In this document: positions 21,311 through 31,321 of the stretch, piece by piece
Position numbering within the stretch: the first letter of the stretch is position 1
How the letters are laid out: each line of letters begins with the position of its first letter
NCBI GenBank assembly: GCA_964291215.2
Contig: OZ219790.1
Location: forward strand, 2,432,001-2,496,000
DNA: 64,000 bases
Direction of reading: 5' to 3'
Origin: Alphaproteobacteria bacterium
GTDB lineage: Bacteria > Pseudomonadota > Alphaproteobacteria > MPNO01 > UBA830
Translations under genes and position numbers: made by a program
The notes under the pieces: generated by a model
What the model was told of the DNA's origin: nothing
Seen by the model: only the letters and a program-made list of their open reading frames with translations
Databases searched by the model: none

Positions 21311-23065
21311 ATGAGAACTATGAAATATGTGACCTTGGCGACGCTGGCCGCTGCGGGTCTGACGCTCGCAGGCTGCGGTGGCGGGTCGAAGAAGCCGGTC
21401 GCGATGGGCAACCAGCAGATGGAGATGACGGACGCCCAGAAGGCGCAGGCGGCCTACGACGCCGCCGCGGCAGCCGAAAAGGCGGCGATGGCGGCCGAGC
21501 AAGTGGCCAAAATGCAGCGTGATGCGGCCAAGAAGGCGTCCCCGACTGAGCGCATCTACTCCACAGGCGGCGACAGCTCGATGGTCAGGGCCAACGCCGA
21601 GGCCATAAAAGCCGCGAAGGCGGCGGCCGAGAAGGCGCTGGCGGACGCCAGGGCGGAGAAGATGAAGATCGATGAGGCGCTGAAGGCGCTGAATGCCCTG
21701 CCGGCCGGGCAGACCGGCCTTGCGGCGCAGAAGAAGGTGGTCGATCAGCAGAGCAAGGATGTGGCCGCGCAGATCAAGCTCATCGAGGGGTATCTGACCG
21801 GGGCCGGCTCGATCGCAGCCTATCTCTCGAGTGTCGATACCGAGGCGAAAATCAAGAACCGCGCCGGCGAAACCCCCGCCGGCGCCCTCCAGAGTTCGAC
21901 AAGGCCCGCGAGGCGGATGCTCTTTGCCTTGGAGCCTGCGGACACAGCTCGTGCGGGCGGCGGTTATCTAGGCGTAAGCATGACTCAATATCCTCTTAGG
22001 CCCGGACCCACCGCGAACGCCGGCGGCGTCTCCTTTACTGTGTCTGAGACGCCGCCGACGAAGGTCGTCGCCGCCACCCCCGCGAGCGTGAGCGAATCCG
22101 ACTCCGTTGGCCGCTCCATGTTCTATCACAGGTATGACGTTGGCGAACTTCCGGCCGGCGTCATGACCTGGGAGCAGATTGCCGCCAAGGATGGGATGCT
22201 CGTGAAGAAGGCCTTCGGCGCCGACAACATGGATGTCGATGTCCTGCCCCTTGCCGGGATGCCCCTTACCGTACTCACCACCAGCAGTGGAACGGCCCTG
22301 ACGGAGCTCCCCGAATTCACCAGCGGCATGTTCGCCGACCAGTATTACAAGGGGCAGATTAAGGGGACCCTGTATTGTCAGGGCACCTGCTCTGTCGAGG
22401 GCGGCAAGCTGACCGGCAACCTGTTCTTCAAGTGGGCCGGAGAAAACAACGTTTCGCGCTACTACTGGATAACGCCGAGGAACTCCCACTACACGGAGTG
22501 GGCGGCCTATGTCCGCTACGGGTACTGGCTGTATGAAACCACCAACACCACCGGGATCACGCTGCTTGCGCATAGCCCCGCCATATATGAAGGGTATATT
22601 GCTGCCAGCACCACTCTCCCGAACACTGCCACCTACAAGGGCAAAGCCCTGGGCCTGTCGGTGCTGAAGCTCTTCACCGCCGGCGAGCACACGGGGCAGA
22701 AGTCGGCACAGTTCACGGCGGATGTGACGCTCAACGCCAAATTCGGCGCCGCCCCCAAACTGGGAGGCACGATCGACAAGTTCATGGGGAATGCCGTCGA
22801 CGAGAAGTGGAGCGTCAAACTCGTGGAGGCCGCCACCTCTTTCCACGAGCCTACCGGTACTGGCGGCAACGTCGATTCCGGTCTTGCCACGGGTTCCAGC
22901 GGCGCTTCCGCCCACGACAAGAGCGGCGAGTGGGCGGTTAAGCCCTTCAGCCAGAACGGCGTGGGACGCCCGACCGGCTTCTTGGGTACCTTCAACACCC
23001 ACTTCCCGAACGGGCACGCTGCCGGTGCCTTCTCGACTAGGATACAGACGGAGACGACGGAGTAG
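21311..23065 (+). CDS. Surface lipoprotein with Ala-rich coiled N-region and C-terminal TbpB-like beta-barrel
   Basis: Lipobox LAGC followed by GGG; C-terminal YGYWL...ATYKGKALG...FTADVTL...GTF...AAGAF pattern; AGGAG Shine-Dalgarno. Confidence 0.8.
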   Translation: MRTMKYVTLATLAAAGLTLAGCGGGSKKPVAMGNQQMEMTDAQKAQAAYDAAAAAEKAAMAAEQVAKMQRDAAKKASPTERIYSTGGDSSMVRANAEAIKAAKAAAEKALADARAEKMKIDEALKALNALPAGQTGLAAQKKVVDQQSKDVAAQIKLIEGYLTGAGSIAAYLSSVDTEAKIKNRAGETPAGALQSSTRPARRMLFALEPADTARAGGGYLGVSMTQYPLRPGPTANAGGVSFTVSETPPTKVVAATPASVSESDSVGRSMFYHRYDVGELPAGVMTWEQIAAKDGMLVKKAFGADNMDVDVLPLAGMPLTVLTTSSGTALTELPEFTSGMFADQYYKGQIKGTLYCQGTCSVEGGKLTGNLFFKWAGENNVSRYYWITPRNSHYTEWAAYVRYGYWLYETTNTTGITLLAHSPAIYEGYIAASTTLPNTATYKGKALGLSVLKLFTAGEHTGQKSAQFTADVTLNAKFGAAPKLGGTIDKFMGNAVDEKWSVKLVEAATSFHEPTGTGGNVDSGLATGSSGASAHDKSGEWAVKPFSQNGVGRPTGFLGTFNTHFPNGHAAGAFSTRIQTETTE

Positions 23066-23092
23066 ACTGCTCCCGGAGCATCCGCGTTCCCG

Positions 23093-23127
23093 GGCCCCGG
23101 CCGCTTCGCGCGGCCGGGGCCTTCTTT
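23093..23127 (+). terminator. Rho-independent terminator-like hairpin
   Basis: GGCCCCGGCCGC / GCGGCCGGGGCC stem followed by TTCTTT. Confidence 0.65.
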
Positions 23128-23180
23128 CCTCCGGCGCTCTCCGGGCGGCCGGAGGTTCCCTTTCACGGACAGGGGTTCCC

Positions 23181-23570
23181 ATGCGCATACCCGCTCTCGT
23201 CATTGCCGCCGGGCTGTATCTGTTCGCCGCCGCCGCCCACGGCCAGGACGCGACCGGCCCGCGGTTCCGGGCGGGCATGGAGGCGCTTGCCGCCGCGCAG
23301 GCCGCCGCGGACCAGGACGCCCGCGACGGGAAGCTCGACGAGGCGATTGCGGCGTTCCGGGCCATCCTGGTGGACCGCCCGGACCTGGTGCGGGTGCGTC
23401 TCGAACTCGCGCACGCCTTCTTCCTGAAGGAGGAGGACAGCCTGGCGCGGCGGCATTTCGAACAGGTGCTGGCGGGGACGCCGGCGGCGGCCGCCAACAT
23501 CCGGCGCTTCCTCGACATCATGCGCGCGCGGCGGCGCTGGGAGGCGCATTTCGGCCTGGCGGCAGGATAG
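23181..23570 (+). pseudogene. Truncated Slam-like (TPR + barrel) outer-membrane protein
   Basis: Signal peptide, TPR-like RVRLELAHAFFLK...ARRHFEQVL; ends where the barrel would begin, at the repeat starting 23571. Confidence 0.7.
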
Positions 23571-23653
23571 TCTTACGCTAAATTCTGTCTGATTTTTCAA
23601 GACAGTACCTGGGCTTTGCGGGGTTGCGGGTTGGTGCGGGAGATTTTTTTACA
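23571..23653. mobile_element. Terminal fragment of an unclassified repeat (also at 51705 and 62425)
   Basis: TCTTACGCTAAATTCTG... near-identical to the two longer copies; cut by IS30. Confidence 0.8.
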
Positions 23654-24837
23654 CCCCCGTTCCATAGTGAAGTGCAACACATGATGGGCTGTGGCCATGT
23701 GTTTTTAGACGCATGATGTTGCGGAGCTGTCCAGCAGCGGCGAGAGTTCCTGTACAAGATGGAGGGAGCTTGTTCATGTCCAAAGGCTACCGTCACCTAC
23801 GAAGAGCGATGCCAGATTGAGGCAGAAAAGCGGTCTTTCACAAGGTGCGATTGCTCGGCAGCTGGGCCGATCAACAATTTTCCGGGAGATCAAGCGCAAC
23901 ACCGGGGGACGGGGTTACCGTCACAAGCAGGCGCAAAGGATGGCAGAAACGCAGGGCCGCCTCGTCTGTTTCCTGGCGGTTGACGCCTCGGGCTGAAGCT
24001 CAGAAAAAGCTGCGGGAGGGCCCCGAGCAGCGGCCGTTTTCGACTGGAGGGCCGTGGGTCGGCAACGGATCCATGATCGCCGAAGATCGGAGAGCTGGGG
24101 GCGTCTTGTGGAAGAAGCTTCGGCGGCGCGGCAAGAAGCCGAACTGGAAGGGCGGATGCCATTCCGACCGGGTGGACATTTCCGAGCGCCCTGCGGAGGC
24201 AAAGGAACGGATCGGCGACCGGGAGCCATCATCGGCAAAGCTCACAGTGGAGCTGTCGTGTCGCTCGTGCCACGAAATACACCTTGCCGGGTGGACAGAA
24301 AGACACGGTTGGTTCGGTCATGATGCTCGGCTCTGGTGCGCTATTGGTCCACACAATCACAACGGCAAAGAGTTCGCAGACCACAGGCGTGTCGCACTTG
24401 ACGCAGATTTCTTCTTCGCCTTTCCATTCTTGGGAGCGCGGCTTGAATGAGCACACCAACGGCCTGGTGCGGGAGTACTTCCCGAAGGGCACGGACTTTC
24501 GCGCGACATGCAACGAAGATGTTCAGAAGGTGCGGCTCAACACTCGGAAAGTCCTGGGATCGCCGACGGAGGTAATCTTGAAGTGAAACCGCGCTGACCA
24601 TCTGCGTTCCAAAGCCGCAACGTGCAGCAGGGTCCATGCCGCGCGACGGCGGAATAGTGGCTTGAAGCCGACAAAGGCGTTGCATAAGCTCGATGTTGAA
24701 GGAACTGAAGCTGTTCCCAGGCGGAATCGAGAGGGGCAGAGGGGAAAAATTTGCGCAATACCCGGCCCTCATCTCCGTTCGGGCTACGCCCTCACTGCGA
24801 TGAGGGCCGGGTGTTGCACTTCAGACTGGAAGTGGGG
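23654..24837 (+). mobile_element. IS30-family element, copy 3, degraded
   Basis: Reverse-orientation copy with both TIRs. Confidence 0.92.
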
Positions 24838-25034
24838 CATTCATTGAACGCGCCCTCGTCGCAGTTAAGCAGGGCGTTGATTACCTTTTGCGACAGGTGC
24901 GAGCCCTTGATCTCCGAAAGTTCTGCCCGTTCGTCCAGGGTCACCACGTAGCGTTTCATACTCCGACCTCCATCCCGAATGGACGGACAGTCTAGCACTA
25001 AATGTACGACATATCATTGCTGACATAACACTAG
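24838..25034 (-). mobile_element. IS630 type B 5' fragment
   Basis: Near-identical to about 20335-20531. Confidence 0.85.
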
Positions 25035-25083
25035 AAGCATCATCCTGATTTGGAAACATCGAAGCCGAGGTCAGGACGTCTGA
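25031..25083 (+). repeat. 53-bp inverted repeat, left arm
   Basis: Reverse complement of 29726-29778 with one mismatch. Confidence 0.9.
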
Positions 25084-25220
25084 TGTTGGAAGCCGGCCGC
25101 GTGGTGAAGGCCGCGGCGTTCACCACAAGACGCTGGTGGCTGCTGCCGTCGAAGTCCGCCAGAGGACGCCCGGCACCGTGCGGGACAAACGCAATAATGG
25201 GCGCTACGCCGGGCGCCGGC
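25084..25220 (+). pseudogene. IS1595-family transposase fragment
   Basis: Reads GEGRGVHHKTLVAAAVEVR...RYAGR, resembling the IS1595/ISXO2 GRG..K..V..AVE motif. Confidence 0.6.
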
Positions 25221-25310
25221 TGTACGATCCGTGTTTGCGCCGGACCGGCCCCAGAACCGGGAAGCCGGCTGCCGCGGCAGGCTGCGGGAAAGGGGTAGCG
25301 GCAGATTTGC

Positions 25311-25339
25311 TTGACGGGGGGGGGGGAAGGGGATAGAGT
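25311..25339 (+). promoter_or_regulatory. sigma70-like promoter with an 11-G tract in the spacer
   Basis: TTGACG (25311-16), 17-nt spacer, TAGAGT (25334-39); G run at 25316-25326. Confidence 0.65.
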
Positions 25340-25458
25340 CTTCATCCGCGACGGGATTGGGATGGAAGCTATGGCTATCGGGCGGACTGCGGCAACGGGA
25401 CAACTCGGTTAAGGGTGGTTCAGACAATGTTCGTCTGTTCGACGGCCAAGGCAGCGAC

Positions 25459-27834
25459 ATGCTGAGCGGCATCGGGCGTATCACGACGGTCACGCTCGTT
25501 ATCAGCGGTTTTCTGCTCGTCGCCTGCGGCGGCGGGGGAGGAGGGAAGCAGCCGAGTCCGGGCACGCCATTGTTACCTCCCGATCGTCAATCGCCGACAG
25601 CCGACCCGACGTATCATCTTGGCACGGCCCGTTTCACGACGCATCAGCCCGTCGTGCTGCAACAGATCGGCGCTCACCATGCCTACGCCAAGGGCCTGAC
25701 CGGCCGTGGCGTACGCATCGGGATTGAGGACAGCGTCGTTGACTATACTCAGAGTGCCGAGTTCGGGAGTAGGGTCCGGCTGCGCGATATGGATGGCGCG
25801 GTACTGTCCTATAGACATCCATTCGGGGATGAGCCGTTCAGCGATGTCTGGCGTTGCCGCGCAAGCGGCACATGCCGCATTCGGCGAGGCAACAGCCAAG
25901 GCGACGAGGAGGCGCACAACCGGTGGGTACAGCAAATTGTCCGTGAGGACGGCTGGTCCACGCGCGACGACAGCGCTTTCTTTCTCGATCAGTATTACAG
26001 CCGGGACGGCACCATCCGCGAATGGCTCCGGTGGCACGAACTCCCGACACCGTATGGCCGGGAAGGGGCGCACGGAACCATCGTGGCCTCCGTCGCCGCG
26101 GGCACCAATCTCGGTGTCGCCCCGGAAGCCACCATCATTCCGGTTGCGACGAACCTGACGAATGATCAGTCCGCGGAGGCCGATGCGAATACGCACCTGC
26201 TACGCCAGATAGAAAGGCTGCCGCTGGCAGAGCGTCGGCGGCTCGACCGGGAGACCGCGGATGTGGTGCGGACTCAATACGCAAAATTCGACATCATCAA
26301 CCGGTCCTATGGAAAACCGAATACAAACCTTCTCACGCTTTTCGACAACGTGCGCGCCACCGATGCTTTGGTGAAGTGGTACCGTGCGAATATGCCGGAT
26401 ACCCTCAGGGTCGAATGGCAAACCGACAGACGCGACGCTGACAAGACCATCATCGTATACGCCGCGGGCAATGACTATGAACCAGGCAATGAGAGTGCAC
26501 TGCTGCCGACCCTCGGAGCCCTCCTGCCCTTCGGTTACCCGGAGCTGCGCGGGCACACCATCGCCGTGGCGGCAACGAACCCGCAAACGGGGCGTATCGC
26601 GAGCTATTCCAACCGGTGCGGACCTCTTCCGCCCGACTGGAGTGCCATACGCCATGGAAGGCACTACTGCCTGGTCGCCCCGGGCACGGTGCGCGGCCTC
26701 GTTCCGGACCGGAACCGGCCCGGACGCGGCGCTGCGGGAGAAGGATTGAGCGGCACGAGCTATGCTGCACCCGTCGTTTCCGGCGCACTGGCGCTGCTCA
26801 AGGAGCACTTCCGGGGGACGCGCGGAAACACGCAGATTGTGAGGCGGATGATCGATACCGCCGATCGAAGCGGGATCTATGCGGACGCCGAGACCTATGG
26901 CGCGGGGCATCTGGACATTGCCGCCGCGCTCTCGCCGATTGGCCCTCTCAATACGGGTCAGTCGGCGCGGTCGCTCGGCCTGACGAGGCTTCGCCCCCCT
27001 GCCGCGTATGGCTCGGTCGCGCAACGGGTCGCCCACGTCGAACTGGCGGCGTTCGATCAGCAGGGTTTCCCGTTCTGGGTGCCCCTCTCAGGGCTGGTCT
27101 CCGCGCGGTCGGACAGCCGCTCGACGATCCCCGAATTTGCGAGCACGGACACGGAACAGGTCGATATGCCAGCCGTCGGCCTGGGCGCGCTCGGTCTGCA
27201 TTGGGCAGCGCTCAAGGGCGCGACAGAACGCGCTTTTCCAGGCGAACAGGAGTGGGCTCTGGGGCTTGGCCGGACCTCGGTAAGCCTCGCGCGCCGACCG
27301 CATGCCGGTGGGTGGGGCTATGGTTTCGGCTTCGATGGTGCGGGATATCTTGGCTCCGAAACTGCGGGCGCATTTGGCTCGGACCTTCGCTCCAGCATGA
27401 TCTGGATGTCGCGTGCGTTAGGGCGGGATCTGGGTAGTGGCTGGACGCTGCATGCCGAGGGCACCCTCGCCTGGAGCATGCCACGGTACGAGGACGACGC
27501 GATATTCTCGGCTTCGCCCTCGGTGATGTCAGCGGCGTCGATGCGAATAGGTACCGCAAGCACGGGACTGACGGTCGAGCAGCCACTGCGGGCGGAGTCG
27601 GGAACCGGGACGTTTCGTGTCGAGAACGGGCGCATGGAGAGCGGCAGAAGACTTCGTGACGAGTACCGTGTTCCGCTGCGGCCCGATGCGAGAGCGGTGC
27701 GCTTCGCCCTGTCTCACGAGCGCGAAGCCCTCGGTGGCAACATCGCGGTCGAGATCAGCCATTCGATGAATGCCGGCCATATCCCCGGAGTATCGGAGAG
27801 CGGTATCGGGTTAGCATACCGAATGAGGTGGTGA
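25459..27834 (+). CDS. Lipidated subtilisin-family (S8) serine protease with beta-rich C-terminal domain
   Basis: Lipobox LVAC; triad IGIEDS / HGTIVAS / GTSYAAP; AAGN oxyanion motif; terminal aromatic residue (W). Confidence 0.9.
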   Translation: MLSGIGRITTVTLVISGFLLVACGGGGGGKQPSPGTPLLPPDRQSPTADPTYHLGTARFTTHQPVVLQQIGAHHAYAKGLTGRGVRIGIEDSVVDYTQSAEFGSRVRLRDMDGAVLSYRHPFGDEPFSDVWRCRASGTCRIRRGNSQGDEEAHNRWVQQIVREDGWSTRDDSAFFLDQYYSRDGTIREWLRWHELPTPYGREGAHGTIVASVAAGTNLGVAPEATIIPVATNLTNDQSAEADANTHLLRQIERLPLAERRRLDRETADVVRTQYAKFDIINRSYGKPNTNLLTLFDNVRATDALVKWYRANMPDTLRVEWQTDRRDADKTIIVYAAGNDYEPGNESALLPTLGALLPFGYPELRGHTIAVAATNPQTGRIASYSNRCGPLPPDWSAIRHGRHYCLVAPGTVRGLVPDRNRPGRGAAGEGLSGTSYAAPVVSGALALLKEHFRGTRGNTQIVRRMIDTADRSGIYADAETYGAGHLDIAAALSPIGPLNTGQSARSLGLTRLRPPAAYGSVAQRVAHVELAAFDQQGFPFWVPLSGLVSARSDSRSTIPEFASTDTEQVDMPAVGLGALGLHWAALKGATERAFPGEQEWALGLGRTSVSLARRPHAGGWGYGFGFDGAGYLGSETAGAFGSDLRSSMIWMSRALGRDLGSGWTLHAEGTLAWSMPRYEDDAIFSASPSVMSAASMRIGTASTGLTVEQPLRAESGTGTFRVENGRMESGRRLRDEYRVPLRPDARAVRFALSHEREALGGNIAVEISHSMNAGHIPGVSESGIGLAYRMRW

Positions 27835-27838
27835 TCCG

Positions 27839-28156
27839 TTGACGCGCGCGTTCTTCTTCGCCTTGGGACTCGTAATGGCCATGAACACCGCATGCGCGGG
27901 GCCGGGCAAGACGGACAGGACGCCCGCTTCGATCGATTCGCGCATTGTGGCGGTGGTGGTGGAAGACGGCGTCATCTACACTCCTGCAAGCCTTGGCCCG
28001 CAGGGGTGCGTACTGTACAGCCTCCGCATTCCGGGCGGGCAGGCACCTGCCGCGCTGGTATACCGGAGCTTGGAAGGTCGATTCGGCTACGACCGACCGA
28101 AGCAGTGCGTCAAGCGCCCGAAAATTGTAATACCAGCGGCGCCGGTTCCTGACTGA
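27839..28156 (+). CDS. Small exported protein or lipoprotein
   Basis: Hydrophobic N-terminus with Cys; starts 4 nt after the protease stop. Confidence 0.6.
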   Translation: MTRAFFFALGLVMAMNTACAGPGKTDRTPASIDSRIVAVVVEDGVIYTPASLGPQGCVLYSLRIPGGQAPAALVYRSLEGRFGYDRPKQCVKRPKIVIPAAPVPD

Positions 28157-28202
28157 TGACAGGGATTTCCTCACGGCCCGATTTCTGATTCCAGGTCGGC
28201 GG

Positions 28203-28437
28203 GTATCTGCTCACCCCTCCGTAGAGATGGGTTTGGCGTTGTGCATTTTGATCATGTCGGCGGCGTTTCCGGCGAGTGCGATCTGGGTGGCGACGAGTGA
28301 GTTGTAGCCGAGTGCGGTGATGGAGGTGAGATAGCTTGAGATTCGGCACCAGGCCTTGACGTAGAGCGGGGTTCGGAAACATCCGGACACCTTGATCTTG
28401 ACCTTTGCCATCCGGATTTTCTTCTCACCGGTGTTAT
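28203..28437 (-). mobile_element. IS66-family 3' end fragment
   Basis: GTATCTGCTCACCC terminus; IRMAKVKIKVSGCFRT motif. Confidence 0.8.
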
Positions 28438-28884
28438 GGGTGCAGTTCTCGCATGGCGAATGCAAGTCATTGATTTAACATGGTTTTGTGGCTGCGAGGC
28501 AGCGGCAAAAACGGGTTTTCGTGACAATCGCCCGTTTCAGGACAGGATTTTGTCACGGGCCGAGCGGTGGAGGTGGGAACGTTCTGCACCGCAAGATGCG
28601 ATATGATATTGGAGACAATCCACAGCATCAGGAGCGCTCGCATGTCAGTTTCGCAGCCTTCCGCGTCGATCGATATTTCCGGCTTGCCGCCTCGGGTTGT
28701 CGAGGCGGTCACGCAGATAACCGCGGTTTGTCATCGGCAACTCGGTTCGCAGCGCTCTGCCGAGGCCTTTGAGGAAACGGAGCGACGGGTGCGTGAGAGC
28801 GTGTACGCGCTGCGAGATCCTGGGTGCCGAGGCCCGGGACGACGGTGCGCCCCGGATCGAGCGGGACGGGCAGAGATGGTTCCG
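28438..28884 (+). mobile_element. ISKra4-like element 5' portion
   Basis: Starts GGGTGCAGTTCTCG, homologous to 57034 onward; interrupted by a group II intron. Confidence 0.65.
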
Positions 28885-29650
28885 GTGTGCCAGGCGAACT
28901 GGCAGGAGGTAGGGGGTGAAAGTCCCCTGAAACGAAGGAGTAACCAAACCGCGTTTCTCCGCGAGCGTCGGTTCCCGCGAGGGAGCAGGCGAAGCGTCGG
29001 TAGCGGGGCTAATGAGCACCGAAAAGCTCATGGTTCGGGGTGCCGAGGCTCGGTCGAAGGCAACATCGCAGGCATCGATTTGGTGAGATGAACCCACCCA
29101 CCCCGCCTGTCGGGACCGTGCAGGGAAGGAGAAAGCCGAAGCCTATGAGGAACGGTTTGAAGAAGGGGGCCTGTGAAGGCGGCGAACAAGGGAGTTTCTG
29201 CGGAGCCGCTGGAGGAAAGGGCCTCGACCAAGGGGAATCCGGGACGCCAAAGCACGCACCGAACGCAGTGTCGGGTGCCACAGGAGGCGGACCGGAGCTG
29301 CAGAGAGAGAAACCCGAAGGAACGTGCACTCTTCCATCACGCCGGATGGGCTCCGGGCGGCCGGTCTGAAGAAGGAAGCCTCGGCAGGTGTCGACGGCGA
29401 GGGTCTGGACGAGCGCTTGCTCGATCTGCACTCGCGCCTGCATCGTGGGGGAGCGTACCGGGCGTCGCCGGTGGGTTGAGATACCGGGACACGACCGCTT
29501 GCCGCACTGGAGGACAAGATCGTTCAGAAGGCGGTTGTGGATGTGATCCTGACACCGATTTATGAGGTGGAGTTCCTTGGCTACGGGTTTCGACCGAGGG
29601 ACGCTCTCGACGCCCTGGCGTCGAGCGGCGCAAGGTCAACTGGATAGTCC
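28885..29650 (+). mobile_element. Group II intron 5' half (ribozyme plus RT N-terminus), degraded
   Basis: GTGTGCCAGGCGAACTGG start, homologous to the intron 5' end at 61471; RT remnants AAGVDG, LEDKIVQKAV, YGFRP, KVNW. Confidence 0.8.
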
Positions 29651-29725
29651 CCGCCCGACGCGGTCGAACGTAGTACCAGCGAATTGCTCCGCCGAGCGGT
29701 AGCAAGGACAGTCCAGTTCCCAGTC

Positions 29726-29778
29726 TCAGACGTCCTGACCTCGGCTTCGATGTTTCCAAATCAGGGTGATGCTTCTAG
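29726..29778 (-). repeat. 53-bp inverted repeat, right arm
   Basis: Pairs with 25031-25083. Confidence 0.9.
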
Positions 29779-30099
29779 GCCGAGTTTGCGTGCGTTGTCT
29801 GGCAGTCGAAGGGCTTCAGGTTCGAGAACAAGACGGTCGGCATGTCGACGTTGGCAAGGGAGAAGCACGAAGTTCCGATCGGGACGGGGCTTCAGACGGG
29901 TACATTGCGAACGTGTTCAGGGTCGGGATCATCCCATTACAGGCATCACATTATATTGGACCACGATGCGGCTCTGTTGTCGAGCACAAAACCGGTCAAA
30001 TCATTCATTGCACTGGGAAAAAGGGATCACGGACTGACCAAGTCAACTCACGAGGTCAGGACCTCTGAGTCTGCTTGGGAAGTTCATCGGCCCGTCACC

Positions 30100-31320
30100 T
30101 CAGCATTCCATGCTGAACTGCTGCCGGACCTCACCAGTCCCGACGAATTGCGATAACAACCTGTAGTTCTTCCGCTCGTATCGAACCCTCCCAGCGATAA
30201 CCGCCGGATGCACTTGAAGAATGTTGGCGAGATTCATCACGGCCATGGTTGTTGGCCGATCCCGCACTGCGCTCGCTTGCCAAGCCGAGCGCGGAATAAG
30301 AGCTTCTTCCGCCCATTCGTCCGCCTGCGTCTCCCGCGGATCTTCCTGTCTCCCTTCGATTTTTCGAAGCGTGAAGTCGTCGATAAAGGCTTTGCCTCTG
30401 TCGTTGTCCATGTGTCGCCCCACATGCGCCAACTCATGCAGCAAGCAGAACCAGAAACTATCAATTCTGTCGTAGCGCAGCGTGAGTCCGATTACCGGTC
30501 TGCCATCCCCGAGCCGAAGTGCCGCCCCGTCGAGATACGTCTTTGGCAGATGTTTTTCGATCACCAGCGGAATGCCGTGCCTGGCCAACAAGTCCCTCGC
30601 CAGCCGCGGACCGTTTTCCAATCGGCTCAGCCGCGCGATATTTCGAAGGAAATCCAAAGTTATGGTCCCGCGCTCATAGTCCGTATCGGGACGCTCCTCG
30701 TTGACCCTTGCAAGAATCTGCCAGCACCACGCCCTGAGCGCATAGGGGTCCATCTTGGCATTCGTACGCATATGGTCATTCTTCCGGTAGAGCCTGGCGC
30801 CCGCGACATCCAGTCCCCCTGCACGATCGATCAGGTTCCGCATGACATGCTCGGCACGTCCTGCCAGATCGTGTCCGTTCGGAATCCAGCCCAACCTTGC
30901 CATCGACTTGACGGGAAACCGGTTCCACTCGATGTCCGAAAGGGGGTCGTCCAAGTCGACATCCGGTTCCTGCAACAGCACGTCCGCCGGAATCCCGAGA
31001 TGCTCATGTAGGGCACGCGCCATCGGCATGTTGATTGTGCGTTTGCCGGAGAGAATTTCCGAGACCTTTGCACGGCTTCCGATGAGCGAGGCAAGGTCTG
31101 CGGGGCGCAGGCCTGCCTGTTCCATACGAAACTCGATCGCGGCGACCGGGCTCGGATAACTCATCGGCACTTCTTTGCTTTCGTACAGTTCAACGAGATC
31201 GACCAAAACATTGAGTTCATCGCCTTCCGGGCTGTCGATCTCTATATCCATGAGCTCGGATATCCGAGCCAACGCCGCCTCGTAGTCCCTCTCTGACCGG
31301 ATTGGCTTGATATGAGGCAT
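30100..31320 (-). CDS. higA: HigA-type HTH antitoxin fused to an ImmA/IrrE-like metallopeptidase
   Basis: IKPIRSERDYEAAL N-terminus, HTH (GSRAKVSEILSGKR), FWFCLLHELAH, E..AD..A. Confidence 0.85.
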   Translation of the reverse strand: MPHIKPIRSERDYEAALARISELMDIEIDSPEGDELNVLVDLVELYESKEVPMSYPSPVAAIEFRMEQAGLRPADLASLIGSRAKVSEILSGKRTINMPMARALHEHLGIPADVLLQEPDVDLDDPLSDIEWNRFPVKSMARLGWIPNGHDLAGRAEHVMRNLIDRAGGLDVAGARLYRKNDHMRTNAKMDPYALRAWCWQILARVNEERPDTDYERGTITLDFLRNIARLSRLENGPRLARDLLARHGIPLVIEKHLPKTYLDGAALRLGDGRPVIGLTLRYDRIDSFWFCLLHELAHVGRHMDNDRGKAFIDDFTLRKIEGRQEDPRETQADEWAEEALIPRSAWQASAVRDRPTTMAVMNLANILQVHPAVIAGRVRYERKNYRLLSQFVGTGEVRQQFSMEC

Positions 31321-31321
31321 T

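Noticed and set aside
29780-30060. Possible gene remnant downstream of higA
   Set aside because: Stops in the frames examined and no motif I can identify.
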